This document shows, piece by piece, positions 19,182-27,099 of a stretch of 64,000 nt of DNA; within the stretch, counting starts at the first letter, position 1, and every line of letters starts with the position of its first letter. The notes beneath the pieces were generated by a model. The model saw only the letters and a program-made list of their open reading frames with translations, was not told where the DNA came from and searched no databases. The DNA comes from an uncultured Candidatus Saccharibacteria bacterium. GTDB taxonomy: Bacteria; Patescibacteriota; Minisyncoccia; SW-4-49-11. A program made the position numbers and the translations under genes. The DNA lies in assembly GCA_964585065.1 (NCBI GenBank), contig CAZPCB010000001.1:14037-78036 (forward strand), given 5' to 3'.

Positions 19182-19595
19182 ATGAGAGTCTTATTGATTA
19201 TAATAGCTTTATTAATAGGGGGATTTGTATTAAGTTCAAGTATTTCCTTGGCTCAAAGAGCCCCTGATGCTACTCTCCCTGATCCAGGAACAATCCCTAT
19301 TAATACAGGTATATCTGAGGGACCGACCCTCATAGAGACAGTATCTCTTATTATAAGATGGATATTAGGATTTATTGGTATTATAGTATTTGTGATTTTC
19401 TTATTTGCAGGATTTGAATATGCAACAGCAGGAGGAGATCAGAGTAAAGCAGAAAATGCTAGTAAAAGAATGGTAAATGCAATTATAGGACTTATTATTA
19501 TATTCTTTGCCTTTGTAGCATCCAATGCTGTATTGGAATTTGTATTCCCTCCAGATACTACTGCCAATATTAATACCTTATTTAATAGCAATTAA
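19182..19595 (+). CDS. TrbC/VirB2-like pilin-family protein (small)
   Basis: 'IIRWILGFIGIIVFVIFLFAGFEYATAGGDQSKAENASKRMVNAIIGLIIIFFAFVASNAVL'. About 80% identical in the hairpin region to the 18654 product. Confidence 0.55.
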   Translation: MRVLLIIIALLIGGFVLSSSISLAQRAPDATLPDPGTIPINTGISEGPTLIETVSLIIRWILGFIGIIVFVIFLFAGFEYATAGGDQSKAENASKRMVNAIIGLIIIFFAFVASNAVLEFVFPPDTTANINTLFNSN

Positions 19596-19596
19596 T

Positions 19597-20487
19597 ATGA
19601 AATATATTATCTTTTCACTTTTATTAGGTATAGGATTAATAATCCCTCAGAATAGCTTTGCTCAGACAGCTGCTCAAAATACAGCTTGCTCAGGTAAAAA
19701 AAATGGAGATGCATGTACCTATCAAAGAACAGTAACTACTGGAGGAAAAAATACTCCCAGAGGAACTGCAACGCAGACTGAAAGTGGTTTTTGTGATAGG
19801 ACCAATGCAGATAGTATAGCAAAAAATAATCCATTGACTTGTAAAACACTTGATTCTGAGAAGAATGGATGGGAAGATTGTGTTATCATTGGAGATGCTT
19901 GTAAATCTGGTAGCGAATTAGGTGTATGTAGAGCTCCAGGGCCTAAAACAGGACCATGTGACATTAGTAAAAAACCACCAGGTAGTCCGGGGGGAATATC
20001 TCCAGCAAAATGTGGCACATCAACATGTACAGGTGGACAAGTATGTGTGCAGCAAGGTGGAAGCCCAGTTTGTACTAATGATTTAACAAAAAATGGAAAA
20101 TGTGGCACATCAACATGTACAGGTGGGCAAGTATGTGTACAGCAAGGAGGAAGTCCAGTTTGTACTAATGATGCTGCTACACCAAGTACATCAACTAATA
20201 ATGGAACTACTACAGATGCATCATCCCCCCAAAGTGTAGGATTTGTGAACCCTATAAGGTTTAACTCTATTCCTGAGCTTATCGCAGGTATTATTAATGC
20301 CTTATTAGGTATATTAGGAGCGATTACTGTGGCTATTCTAGTTATGTCAGGATTTAAATATATGACAAGTTCTAATCCAGGAGAAGTAGGGCAGGCTTTG
20401 GATGGAATTAGGAATGCAGTTGTGGGACTTATGATAATTATGGGGGCTTTCCTCATAACACAATATATTATCTCGGCTTTGGTTTAA
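19597..20487 (+). CDS. TrbC/VirB2-like pilin-family protein with Cys-rich tandem-repeat N-domain
   Basis: Signal peptide 'MKYIIFSLLLGIGLIIPQNSFA'. 30-aa tandem repeat 'KCGTSTCTGGQVCVQQGGSPVCTND' x2. C-terminal hairpin 'LIAGIINALLGILGAITVAILVMSGFKYMTSSNPGEVGQALDGIRNAVVGLMIIMGAFLITQYII'. ATG at 19597, not the track's 19525. Confidence 0.55.
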   Translation: MKYIIFSLLLGIGLIIPQNSFAQTAAQNTACSGKKNGDACTYQRTVTTGGKNTPRGTATQTESGFCDRTNADSIAKNNPLTCKTLDSEKNGWEDCVIIGDACKSGSELGVCRAPGPKTGPCDISKKPPGSPGGISPAKCGTSTCTGGQVCVQQGGSPVCTNDLTKNGKCGTSTCTGGQVCVQQGGSPVCTNDAATPSTSTNNGTTTDASSPQSVGFVNPIRFNSIPELIAGIINALLGILGAITVAILVMSGFKYMTSSNPGEVGQALDGIRNAVVGLMIIMGAFLITQYIISALV

Positions 20488-20513
20488 ATGTATAAATATT
20501 AATAAAAAGAAAA

Positions 20514-20535
20514 AACCTACCATAGTGGGTAGGTT
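20514..20535. terminator. bidirectional terminator hairpin ('aacctaccatagtgggtaggtt') between convergent genes
   Basis: Perfect 8-bp stem with a 6-nt loop, flanked by A-run and T-run. Lies between the 20487 (+) and 20562 (-) gene ends. Confidence 0.6.
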
Positions 20536-20561
20536 TAGTATTTACTTACTGAGAGCAAATG

Positions 20562-21329
20562 TTACTCTCCCAGTCGGATGACAGGCCATTCAGACTGTCC
20601 TCCTGGTTGGGTGTTCCAGTAAGCATATATTCCTTTAACTTTTTCGGGTGCACCGTAGTCTTGTTCAGAGAAAAAATCGACTTGTAGATTTCCCTCCAAC
20701 TCTTCTTTTAAGGGGAAACATTTGGTTCCAAGTGTTGAGAAGGACTCTCCATTTAGGGTTAATTCCTGAGGGACTCGTGTGGAGCCATCAACTAGTCCTA
20801 GATGGGTGAAGCAAAGAGATTTCCGCCCTTTAGGTACTGAGTAATTTCCATCACCAGTGAGGGTGATTTTCTTACCAGATACCACAACTCTTTCAGTGGA
20901 AGGAGGAGGCTCCTCAACTGGTGGAGCTACCTGCTCGATTGGAGCAGGAGGGTTCAGCTGTGCTTCCCGAATTTGCTTCACTCCGGGGTTGAGTCCGGGG
21001 ATAAAGAAATTCAAGAGAGCGACACCCATCACCAACTTCGATAGGGGTTTGTTACCCCCAGTAAAATGCGATACTCCAGCTCCAATCAAGATTGCGATGA
21101 TCTCGAGAGGGAGTAGAGCTCCTCCAAAGAGAAGCATCCGAGCGAGAAGCCATCCCCCACTTACTCCGAGGAGTAAGTGGGGAAAGGTCCCAGAAGGGAG
21201 GCTCACTCCTTTCCCTTTCCCTGCCGGAGCAGGGGAGGAGGGTGAAGATGTTTTTGAAGAATTACTACTTGAGGTAGTGCTGGATGATGGGTTGGATTGA
21301 TTGTTAAGGCTATAGCGACGATTTGCCAT
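20562..21329 (-). CDS. membrane protein with Ser-rich N-terminus, 2 TM helices and a C-terminal soluble domain (possibly NfeD-like partner of the adjacent SPFH gene); lies in a high-GC island
   Basis: N-terminus 'SNPSSSTTSSSNSSKTSSPSSPAPAGKG', TM segments 'LLLGVSGGWLLARMLLFGGALLPLEIIAILIGAGV', and about 150 aa of soluble C-terminus. Local GC is about 50% against about 33% for the flanking DNA. Start chosen at MANRRY. Confidence 0.45.
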   Translation of the reverse strand: MANRRYSLNNQSNPSSSTTSSSNSSKTSSPSSPAPAGKGKGVSLPSGTFPHLLLGVSGGWLLARMLLFGGALLPLEIIAILIGAGVSHFTGGNKPLSKLVMGVALLNFFIPGLNPGVKQIREAQLNPPAPIEQVAPPVEEPPPSTERVVVSGKKITLTGDGNYSVPKGRKSLCFTHLGLVDGSTRVPQELTLNGESFSTLGTKCFPLKEELEGNLQVDFFSEQDYGAPEKVKGIYAYWNTQPGGQSEWPVIRLGE

Positions 21330-21414
21330 AGTGCCTCGATGAAAAGAACATAATATATATAGCATATTTTAGGTAAAATGTCAATATTTATAGACATAAA
21401 CAATAAAGAAAAAA

Positions 21415-21434
21415 GCCGAGATAATATCTCGGCT
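21415..21434 (-). terminator. terminator hairpin ('gccgagatattatctcggc') followed by a T-run on the minus strand
   Basis: Perfect inverted repeat directly downstream of the SPFH gene stop; on the minus strand it is followed by 'ttttttc'. Confidence 0.6.
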
Positions 21435-21453
21435 CAGGAAGTAGATTATAAGT

Positions 21454-22449
21454 CTACTTTGATTGTAGCATGGCAAGGAGGCCACTAAGCCCACCTTCTG
21501 TGATGAACTTATCTTTATCTCCGACAATTTCCTTCAGAGCAGGTATCTCTACCAATGCTCTGTAGGCTTGTTCATCGGAGATACCGGGATCATTGCTCAA
21601 TGCTTTCACAGCACTGAGCAATCCCTCTGCCTCTGTAACTCGGTTTTTGACCTGCTGCTCAATTACTCGAGCTCGGGCTACCTCGCGATCGAGTGCAGCT
21701 TGTTGCTCCGCTTTCTCTACGGCAGATCTATTCCTAGCTTCATTGACCGTATCGGGAAGAGACAAATCATCGATGTTAATCGACATTAAGTCAACTCCAA
21801 TATTGTCAAGTTTGTCTAGGATTGAGTCACGGATCTTTCTTATATCTTCTGTGGGGTTTTCATCCTTATCAATTCTAGCTCCAACTTGCTTCAGTCCAAG
21901 AGCTTGTAGTAATTGATCAGGAGTAATTTTGGAGACTTGAATCTCATCTAGGGTTTTCCCATCTGCACGCTGAGTGGTATATTCTGCATAAGAATGTTTC
22001 TGCAGAACTAGACGTATGTAAGGGTTCAAAATGCGTTCAGTTGCCTGTAATACATCTTGATCCTCAGCATTATAATGCGCATTGTACACATTATATGCTT
22101 TTTCAGATAGATTCTTTCCCTTGATTTGAGCAATCACACTAACTTTTGCAGTTAATGTGATATCTGGTAGCTCAAGTTCAGCATAATCTCCAGGTGTTGG
22201 AGTGTCATGCCTAAATAGATATACGGGGAATTGATTGGTGCTATATGCTCCTACCAATTTTGCCCCTGGGACAATTATGTGTGGTCCCGGAGTGGCAATT
22301 CTAGAAAGAACTCCAGTTCCTGTATGATTTGGGCGACTGCCCAACCATGAGATTACATGAATCTCATCATCCGGTACAATCCAAATAGGTGGAAGATAAA
22401 AGGGCTCGAATTTAGCCATGAGTTTGTGAATGAGCATGGAACTCCTCAT
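21454..22449 (-). CDS. SPFH/band-7 (stomatin/prohibitin/HflC-like) domain protein
   Basis: N-terminal SPFH-like core ('IWIVPDDEIHVISWLG...PGPHIIVPGAKLV') and a C-terminal 'AEQQAALDREVARARVIEQQ' coiled coil typical of the band-7 family. GC about 50%. Confidence 0.65.
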   Translation of the reverse strand: MRSSMLIHKLMAKFEPFYLPPIWIVPDDEIHVISWLGSRPNHTGTGVLSRIATPGPHIIVPGAKLVGAYSTNQFPVYLFRHDTPTPGDYAELELPDITLTAKVSVIAQIKGKNLSEKAYNVYNAHYNAEDQDVLQATERILNPYIRLVLQKHSYAEYTTQRADGKTLDEIQVSKITPDQLLQALGLKQVGARIDKDENPTEDIRKIRDSILDKLDNIGVDLMSINIDDLSLPDTVNEARNRSAVEKAEQQAALDREVARARVIEQQVKNRVTEAEGLLSAVKALSNDPGISDEQAYRALVEIPALKEIVGDKDKFITEGGLSGLLAMLQSK

Positions 22450-22595
22450 TCATAACACAAAATCATAAATTTGTCAATTAATAATAACAGCTAATAAACA
22501 TATAAAATTGCTCTGACAGGACTGTATCAGAGATGAGAGATTAATTGACAATAAGTATCTTTTACTTATTAGTATTTTATATACTATATATTGTA

Positions 22596-22624
22596 TTGAC
22601 AAATAGCACTATATATATTACAAT
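22596..22624 (+). promoter_or_regulatory. sigma70-type promoter candidate for the rpsL-rpsG-fusA operon (TTGACA-17-TACAAT)
   Basis: TTGACA at 22596-22601, a 17-nt spacer, TACAAT at 22619-22624. Lies about 80 bp upstream of rpsL inside a 250-bp AT-rich intergenic region. Confidence 0.5.
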
Positions 22625-22705
22625 AGAACAAGTTCCCAAAAGAGGTGTGCTTTTGAGTGTCTTTAGGTGTAAAGATGCTCACCCCGCTAATTATAATTAT
22701 TATTT

Positions 22706-23119
22706 ATGCCTACTATACAACAATTAGTACGAAAAGGTCGTAAGACCGGAGTAAAGAAAACCAAGTCCCCAGCATTGGCTAGAACTTTTAATGTTCTCAA
22801 AAATAAGCCTATGGAGAGTAATTCTCCTTTCAAAAGAGGAGTATGTGTGAAAGTTACTACTACAACTCCAAAAAAACCTAACTCAGCTTTACGTAAAATT
22901 GCAAGAGTCCGATTATCTAATGGACAAGAAGTTACTGCGTATATTCCAGGAATGGGACATAATCTTCAAGAGCATTCAGTAGTAATGCTAAGAGGAGGGC
23001 GAGTAAAAGATTTGCCTGGAGTACGATATCATATTGTTCGAGGAGTATTGGATACTGCTGGAGTAGATGGACGATCTCAAGAGCGAAGTAAATATGGGGT
23101 AAAAAAGCCGAAGAAATAA
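22706..23119 (+). CDS. rpsL: 30S ribosomal protein S12
   Basis: '[13 protein letters not shown]...[10 protein letters not shown]...' is near-universal S12 sequence. Confidence 0.95.
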   Translation: MPTIQQLVRKGRKTGVKKTKSPALARTFNVLKNKPMESNSPFKRGVCVKVTTTTPKKPNSALRKIARVRLSNGQEVTAYIPGMGHNLQEHSVVMLRGGRVKDLPGVRYHIVRGVLDTAGVDGRSQERSKYGVKKPKK

Positions 23120-23143
23120 GGTTAATTAAGATATTGTAATATT

Positions 23144-23611
23144 ATGGCTAGAAGAAAGCGCAATTATACCAGAGAAATCGAACTTGATCCAAGATACAAG
23201 AATCTTTTGGTTTCTCAATTTATCAACTATATTATGTTGGATGGTAAAAAGTCAGTAGCTCGAAATGTATTTTATGGAGCTATGGATATTATTGAGAAAG
23301 ATTATTCACAAGAACCATTGAATGTATTCAATACTGCGGTAAAAAATGTATCTCCTGCAGTTGAGGTGAAATCTCGAAGAGTTGGGGGTGCTAATTATCA
23401 AGTACCGGTAGAAGTTCGACCAGAACGAAAAACTTCTCTTGCTTTCCGATGGATTCTTGATGCTGTGCGCAAGAAAAAAGGTAAATCAACTGATAAAAAA
23501 TTAGCTGAAGAGTTAATGGATGCTTTCAATAAAACTGGTTCTGTTATCAAGAAAAAAGATGATACCCAGAGAATGGCGGAAGCAAACCGAGCTTTTGCTC
23601 ATTTGAGATAA
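23144..23611 (+). CDS. rpsG: 30S ribosomal protein S7
   Basis: 'MARRKR...DPRYKN..LVSQFINYIMLDGKKS' and 'GGANYQVPVEVRPERK' match S7. Confidence 0.95.
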   Translation: MARRKRNYTREIELDPRYKNLLVSQFINYIMLDGKKSVARNVFYGAMDIIEKDYSQEPLNVFNTAVKNVSPAVEVKSRRVGGANYQVPVEVRPERKTSLAFRWILDAVRKKKGKSTDKKLAEELMDAFNKTGSVIKKKDDTQRMAEANRAFAHLR

Positions 23612-23700
23612 TTGAAATACTGCTAAGAATCCTGTCTATGAATATCATGGTCAGGATTTACGCGGTAAGTATACTAATTAGTAATTAATAATCAAATACT

Positions 23701-25821
23701 ATGGCCAAAGATCACAAAGATATTCCTCTTGATGATGTTCGTAATATTGGAATTATTGCGCATATTGATGCAGGTAAAACTACTACTACAGAGCGAATTT
23801 TGTATTTCACTGGATTAAAGCATAAAATTGGTGAAGTTCATGATGGTGCGGCTGAAATGGATTGGATGGCACAAGAGCGAGAGCGAGGAATTACTATTAC
23901 CTCAGCTGCTACTACTTGTTTTTGGAAAGATCATAGAATTAATATTATTGATACTCCTGGCCATGTTGATTTTACTATGGAAGTGGAGCGATCTCTTCGT
24001 GTTCTTGATGGTGCTGTTACCGTATTCGATGGAAAATCTGGTGTAGAGCCACAATCTGAGACGGTTTGGCGACAAGCTGATAGATATAATGTGCCTCGAA
24101 TTTGTTTTGTAAACAAAATCAATCAAACTGGAGGAGATTTTTATAAATCATTTGCATCTATTCAGGAGCGATTATCTAAAGATGCTGTAGTGATTGCGCT
24201 TCCTATTGGATTTGAGCAAGGTATACGAGGTCTTGTAGATTTGGTTGAGAATAAAGCCTATGTCTATGCTGATGATGCTGGTATGACTGAAATTGTTGAG
24301 GCTGAAATCCCCGCAGATATGCTTGAGCAAGTAGAAGAATATCGACAAGTATTGATGGAGAAGGTCTCAGAAGTAGATGATAGACTTATTGAATTATTCT
24401 TGAATGATGGTGTGCTCTCAACTGAAGAGATGAAATATGCTATTCGACGAGGAACTCTTGAATCAAAGATTTTCCCGGTACTCGGAGGAGATTCTCGAAC
24501 TGCTATTGTTCGAAAGCTTCTTGATGCTGTTATTGATTATCTTCCATCTCCACTGGATATTGATGCTGCCAAAGGAACTGATGTACATGATGAAGAAAAA
24601 GAATTAGAGCGAAAGGCAGATAAAAATGAGCCATTTGCAGGACTTGCTTTCAAAATTGCAACTGACCCTTATATTGGACAATTAGTATTCTTCCGAGTCT
24701 ATTCGGGAACTCTTAAGAGTGGAAGTTATGTATATAACTCAACCAAGGGGGAGAAAGAGCGAATTTCTCGACTTGTTTTGATGCATGCTAATTCCCGAAC
24801 AGAAGTAGATGAATTATCTGCAGGAGAAATTGGAGCTATTGTAGGACTTAAGAATACTACTACTGGAGATACTCTTTGTGATGAGAAAAATCCTATTATC
24901 TTGGAGAAAATTGTAATCCCAGAACCCGTTATTCAGATTAAACTTGAGCCAAAGACTAAGGTTGATCAAGAAAAAATGAGTTTAGCTCTTCACAAATTAT
25001 CTGATGAAGATCCAACTCTTAAAGTAAGTTCTGATGAAGTTACTGGAGATACTCTTATTGCAGGAATGGGAGAGCTTCATCTTGATATTATTGTGGATCG
25101 TATGAAGCGAGAATTTGGTGTGGAAGTAAATGTAGGACAACCACAAGTAGCTTATAAAGAAGCTATTCAAGGTACTGCTGAAGCACAAGGAAAATATATC
25201 AAACAATCAGGAGGAAAAGGACAATATGGAGATGTATATCTTCGTGTTGAGTCATTTGATCCTGAGACAGTTGAAATTGACCCAAAGAAGCCACAACATT
25301 ATATCTTTGGTAATGAATTAAAGGGAGGATCTATTCCATCAGAATATGTACCTGCTATTGAAAAGGGTATTAAGGAATCTATAGACCGAGGAGTTATAGC
25401 TGGATACCCATTGATTAATATCAAAGCAACGGTATATGATGGATCATATCATGATGTTGACTCCTCTGAATCAGCTTTCAAAATTGCAGGTTCTATGGCT
25501 CTTTCAGCAGCTGTAAAAAAAGCAAATCCTATTATTCTTGAGCCAATTATGGCAGTAGAAGTAACTATCCCAGAACAATATATGGGAGATGTGGTGGGAG
25601 ATTTGAATTCACGACGAGGACTTATTGAAGAAATGAATGATAGAACTGGTGGACTCAAAGTTGTATCAGCAAAAGTACCTCTATCTTCAATGTTTGGATA
25701 TGTAACTACACTTCGGTCTATGACACAAGGACGAGGAAATGCAGTAATGGAATTCAATGATTATCAGCCAGTTCCTAGCAATGTACAACAAGATATTATT
25801 GCCAAGAGAACAGCGAGATAA
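23701..25821 (+). CDS. fusA: elongation factor G
   Basis: G-domain '[20 protein letters not shown]', 'DTPGHVDF', 'NKIN'. 706 aa in canonical str-operon order. Confidence 0.95.
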   Translation: MAKDHKDIPLDDVRNIGIIAHIDAGKTTTTERILYFTGLKHKIGEVHDGAAEMDWMAQERERGITITSAATTCFWKDHRINIIDTPGHVDFTMEVERSLRVLDGAVTVFDGKSGVEPQSETVWRQADRYNVPRICFVNKINQTGGDFYKSFASIQERLSKDAVVIALPIGFEQGIRGLVDLVENKAYVYADDAGMTEIVEAEIPADMLEQVEEYRQVLMEKVSEVDDRLIELFLNDGVLSTEEMKYAIRRGTLESKIFPVLGGDSRTAIVRKLLDAVIDYLPSPLDIDAAKGTDVHDEEKELERKADKNEPFAGLAFKIATDPYIGQLVFFRVYSGTLKSGSYVYNSTKGEKERISRLVLMHANSRTEVDELSAGEIGAIVGLKNTTTGDTLCDEKNPIILEKIVIPEPVIQIKLEPKTKVDQEKMSLALHKLSDEDPTLKVSSDEVTGDTLIAGMGELHLDIIVDRMKREFGVEVNVGQPQVAYKEAIQGTAEAQGKYIKQSGGKGQYGDVYLRVESFDPETVEIDPKKPQHYIFGNELKGGSIPSEYVPAIEKGIKESIDRGVIAGYPLINIKATVYDGSYHDVDSSESAFKIAGSMALSAAVKKANPIILEPIMAVEVTIPEQYMGDVVGDLNSRRGLIEEMNDRTGGLKVVSAKVPLSSMFGYVTTLRSMTQGRGNAVMEFNDYQPVPSNVQQDIIAKRTAR

Positions 25822-25908
25822 TTATAGGGTACTTCACAACAAAAGCTGGGCTACAAACCTAGTTTTTGTGTTTATGATATACTGTAAGTATTAATATAAT
25901 TATATTCT

Positions 25909-27048
25909 ATGCCACTTGCAGATAGCGTCAGGCCCATCGATTTGAATGCCTTTATAGGGCAGAAACACCTTGTAGGAGAAGGGAAACCTCTCTATCTGTG
26001 TATTACACAGCAATTACCACAATCTTTTATTTTGTGGGGTCCTCCTGGAGTGGGTAAAACCACCTTAGCCCGTATATACAGTAATGCAATTGATGGCAAA
26101 TTATATGAAGTCTCAGCGGTAAGAGCAGGCAAAAAAGATATAGAAGCAATTATCAAAGATAATACGGAGCAGCAAAAGATTTTATTCCTGGATGAGATAC
26201 ATCGATTTAATAAGGCTCAACAAGATTATTTACTGCCTTTTGTAGAAGACGGTACTCTGATTCTGATTGGAGCTAGTACCGAGAATCCAAGTTTTGAGAT
26301 TATAGCTGCCCTACAATCTCGTTGTATTATCTATACACTTATTGCACTTACTGTAGAGGAAATACAAAATATATTAACTCAGGCGGGATTAGATAATGCT
26401 AGTATAAGCGAGTATATTGCTCAATATGCTAATGGAGATGCCCGTAAGGCTTTAGGAATTTATGAGAGAGCCAAGTCTATGTATGGTGATTCTATCAGTA
26501 TTGAGAATATTGAAGCTATTCTGAAAGATACCAATCTTAGATATGATAGGGCAGGGGAGGAGCATTATGATGTTATTAGTGCTTTTATCAAAAGTATGAG
26601 AGCCAGCCAAGTAGATGCAGCTTTATATTATCTTGCTCGTATGCTAGAAGGGGGAGAAGACCCTAAATTTATTGCTCGTAGAATGATTATATTTGCAAGT
26701 GAGGATATTGGGATGGCTTTACCAACAGCTCTTGTGATTGCCAATGAAGTATTCCGAACAGTAGAAGTAGTGGGATTACCAGAGGCTTCTATTAATCTCG
26801 CGCATGGAGTTGTGTATTTGGCTCAAGCACCTAAAGATCGGCGAGTATATGATGCTATTAAAGATGCTCAAAGAGAAGTAAAACAGTCAGGGAACCTTAC
26901 AATACCATTGAATATTCGTAATGCTCCTACTAATTTAATGAAAGATTTGGGCTATGGGAAAGATTATGAGCTCTATGATACTGAAAGTTATCTTCCAGAA
27001 AAAATACAGAATAAAACATTTTGGCAAAAATCTAAAAAAGAGAAGTAA
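25909..27048 (+). CDS. rarA: replication-associated recombination protein A (AAA+ ATPase RarA/MgsA)
   Basis: Walker A 'GPPGVGKTTLARI', Walker B 'ILFLDEIHRFNKAQQD', and the C-terminal MgsA helical lid. Confidence 0.8.
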   Translation: MPLADSVRPIDLNAFIGQKHLVGEGKPLYLCITQQLPQSFILWGPPGVGKTTLARIYSNAIDGKLYEVSAVRAGKKDIEAIIKDNTEQQKILFLDEIHRFNKAQQDYLLPFVEDGTLILIGASTENPSFEIIAALQSRCIIYTLIALTVEEIQNILTQAGLDNASISEYIAQYANGDARKALGIYERAKSMYGDSISIENIEAILKDTNLRYDRAGEEHYDVISAFIKSMRASQVDAALYYLARMLEGGEDPKFIARRMIIFASEDIGMALPTALVIANEVFRTVEVVGLPEASINLAHGVVYLAQAPKDRRVYDAIKDAQREVKQSGNLTIPLNIRNAPTNLMKDLGYGKDYELYDTESYLPEKIQNKTFWQKSKKEK

Positions 27049-27055
27049 ATAAAAA

Positions 27056-27080
27056 AGGGAGTTTATAGGCTCCCTTTTTT
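27056..27080. terminator. bidirectional terminator hairpin ('agggagtttataggctccct' plus T-run)
   Basis: 6-bp GC stem flanked by A6 and T6, between convergent rarA (+) and the RND/MMPL gene (-). Confidence 0.6.
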
Positions 27081-27099
27081 ATCTTGAGATTCCCGTGAC

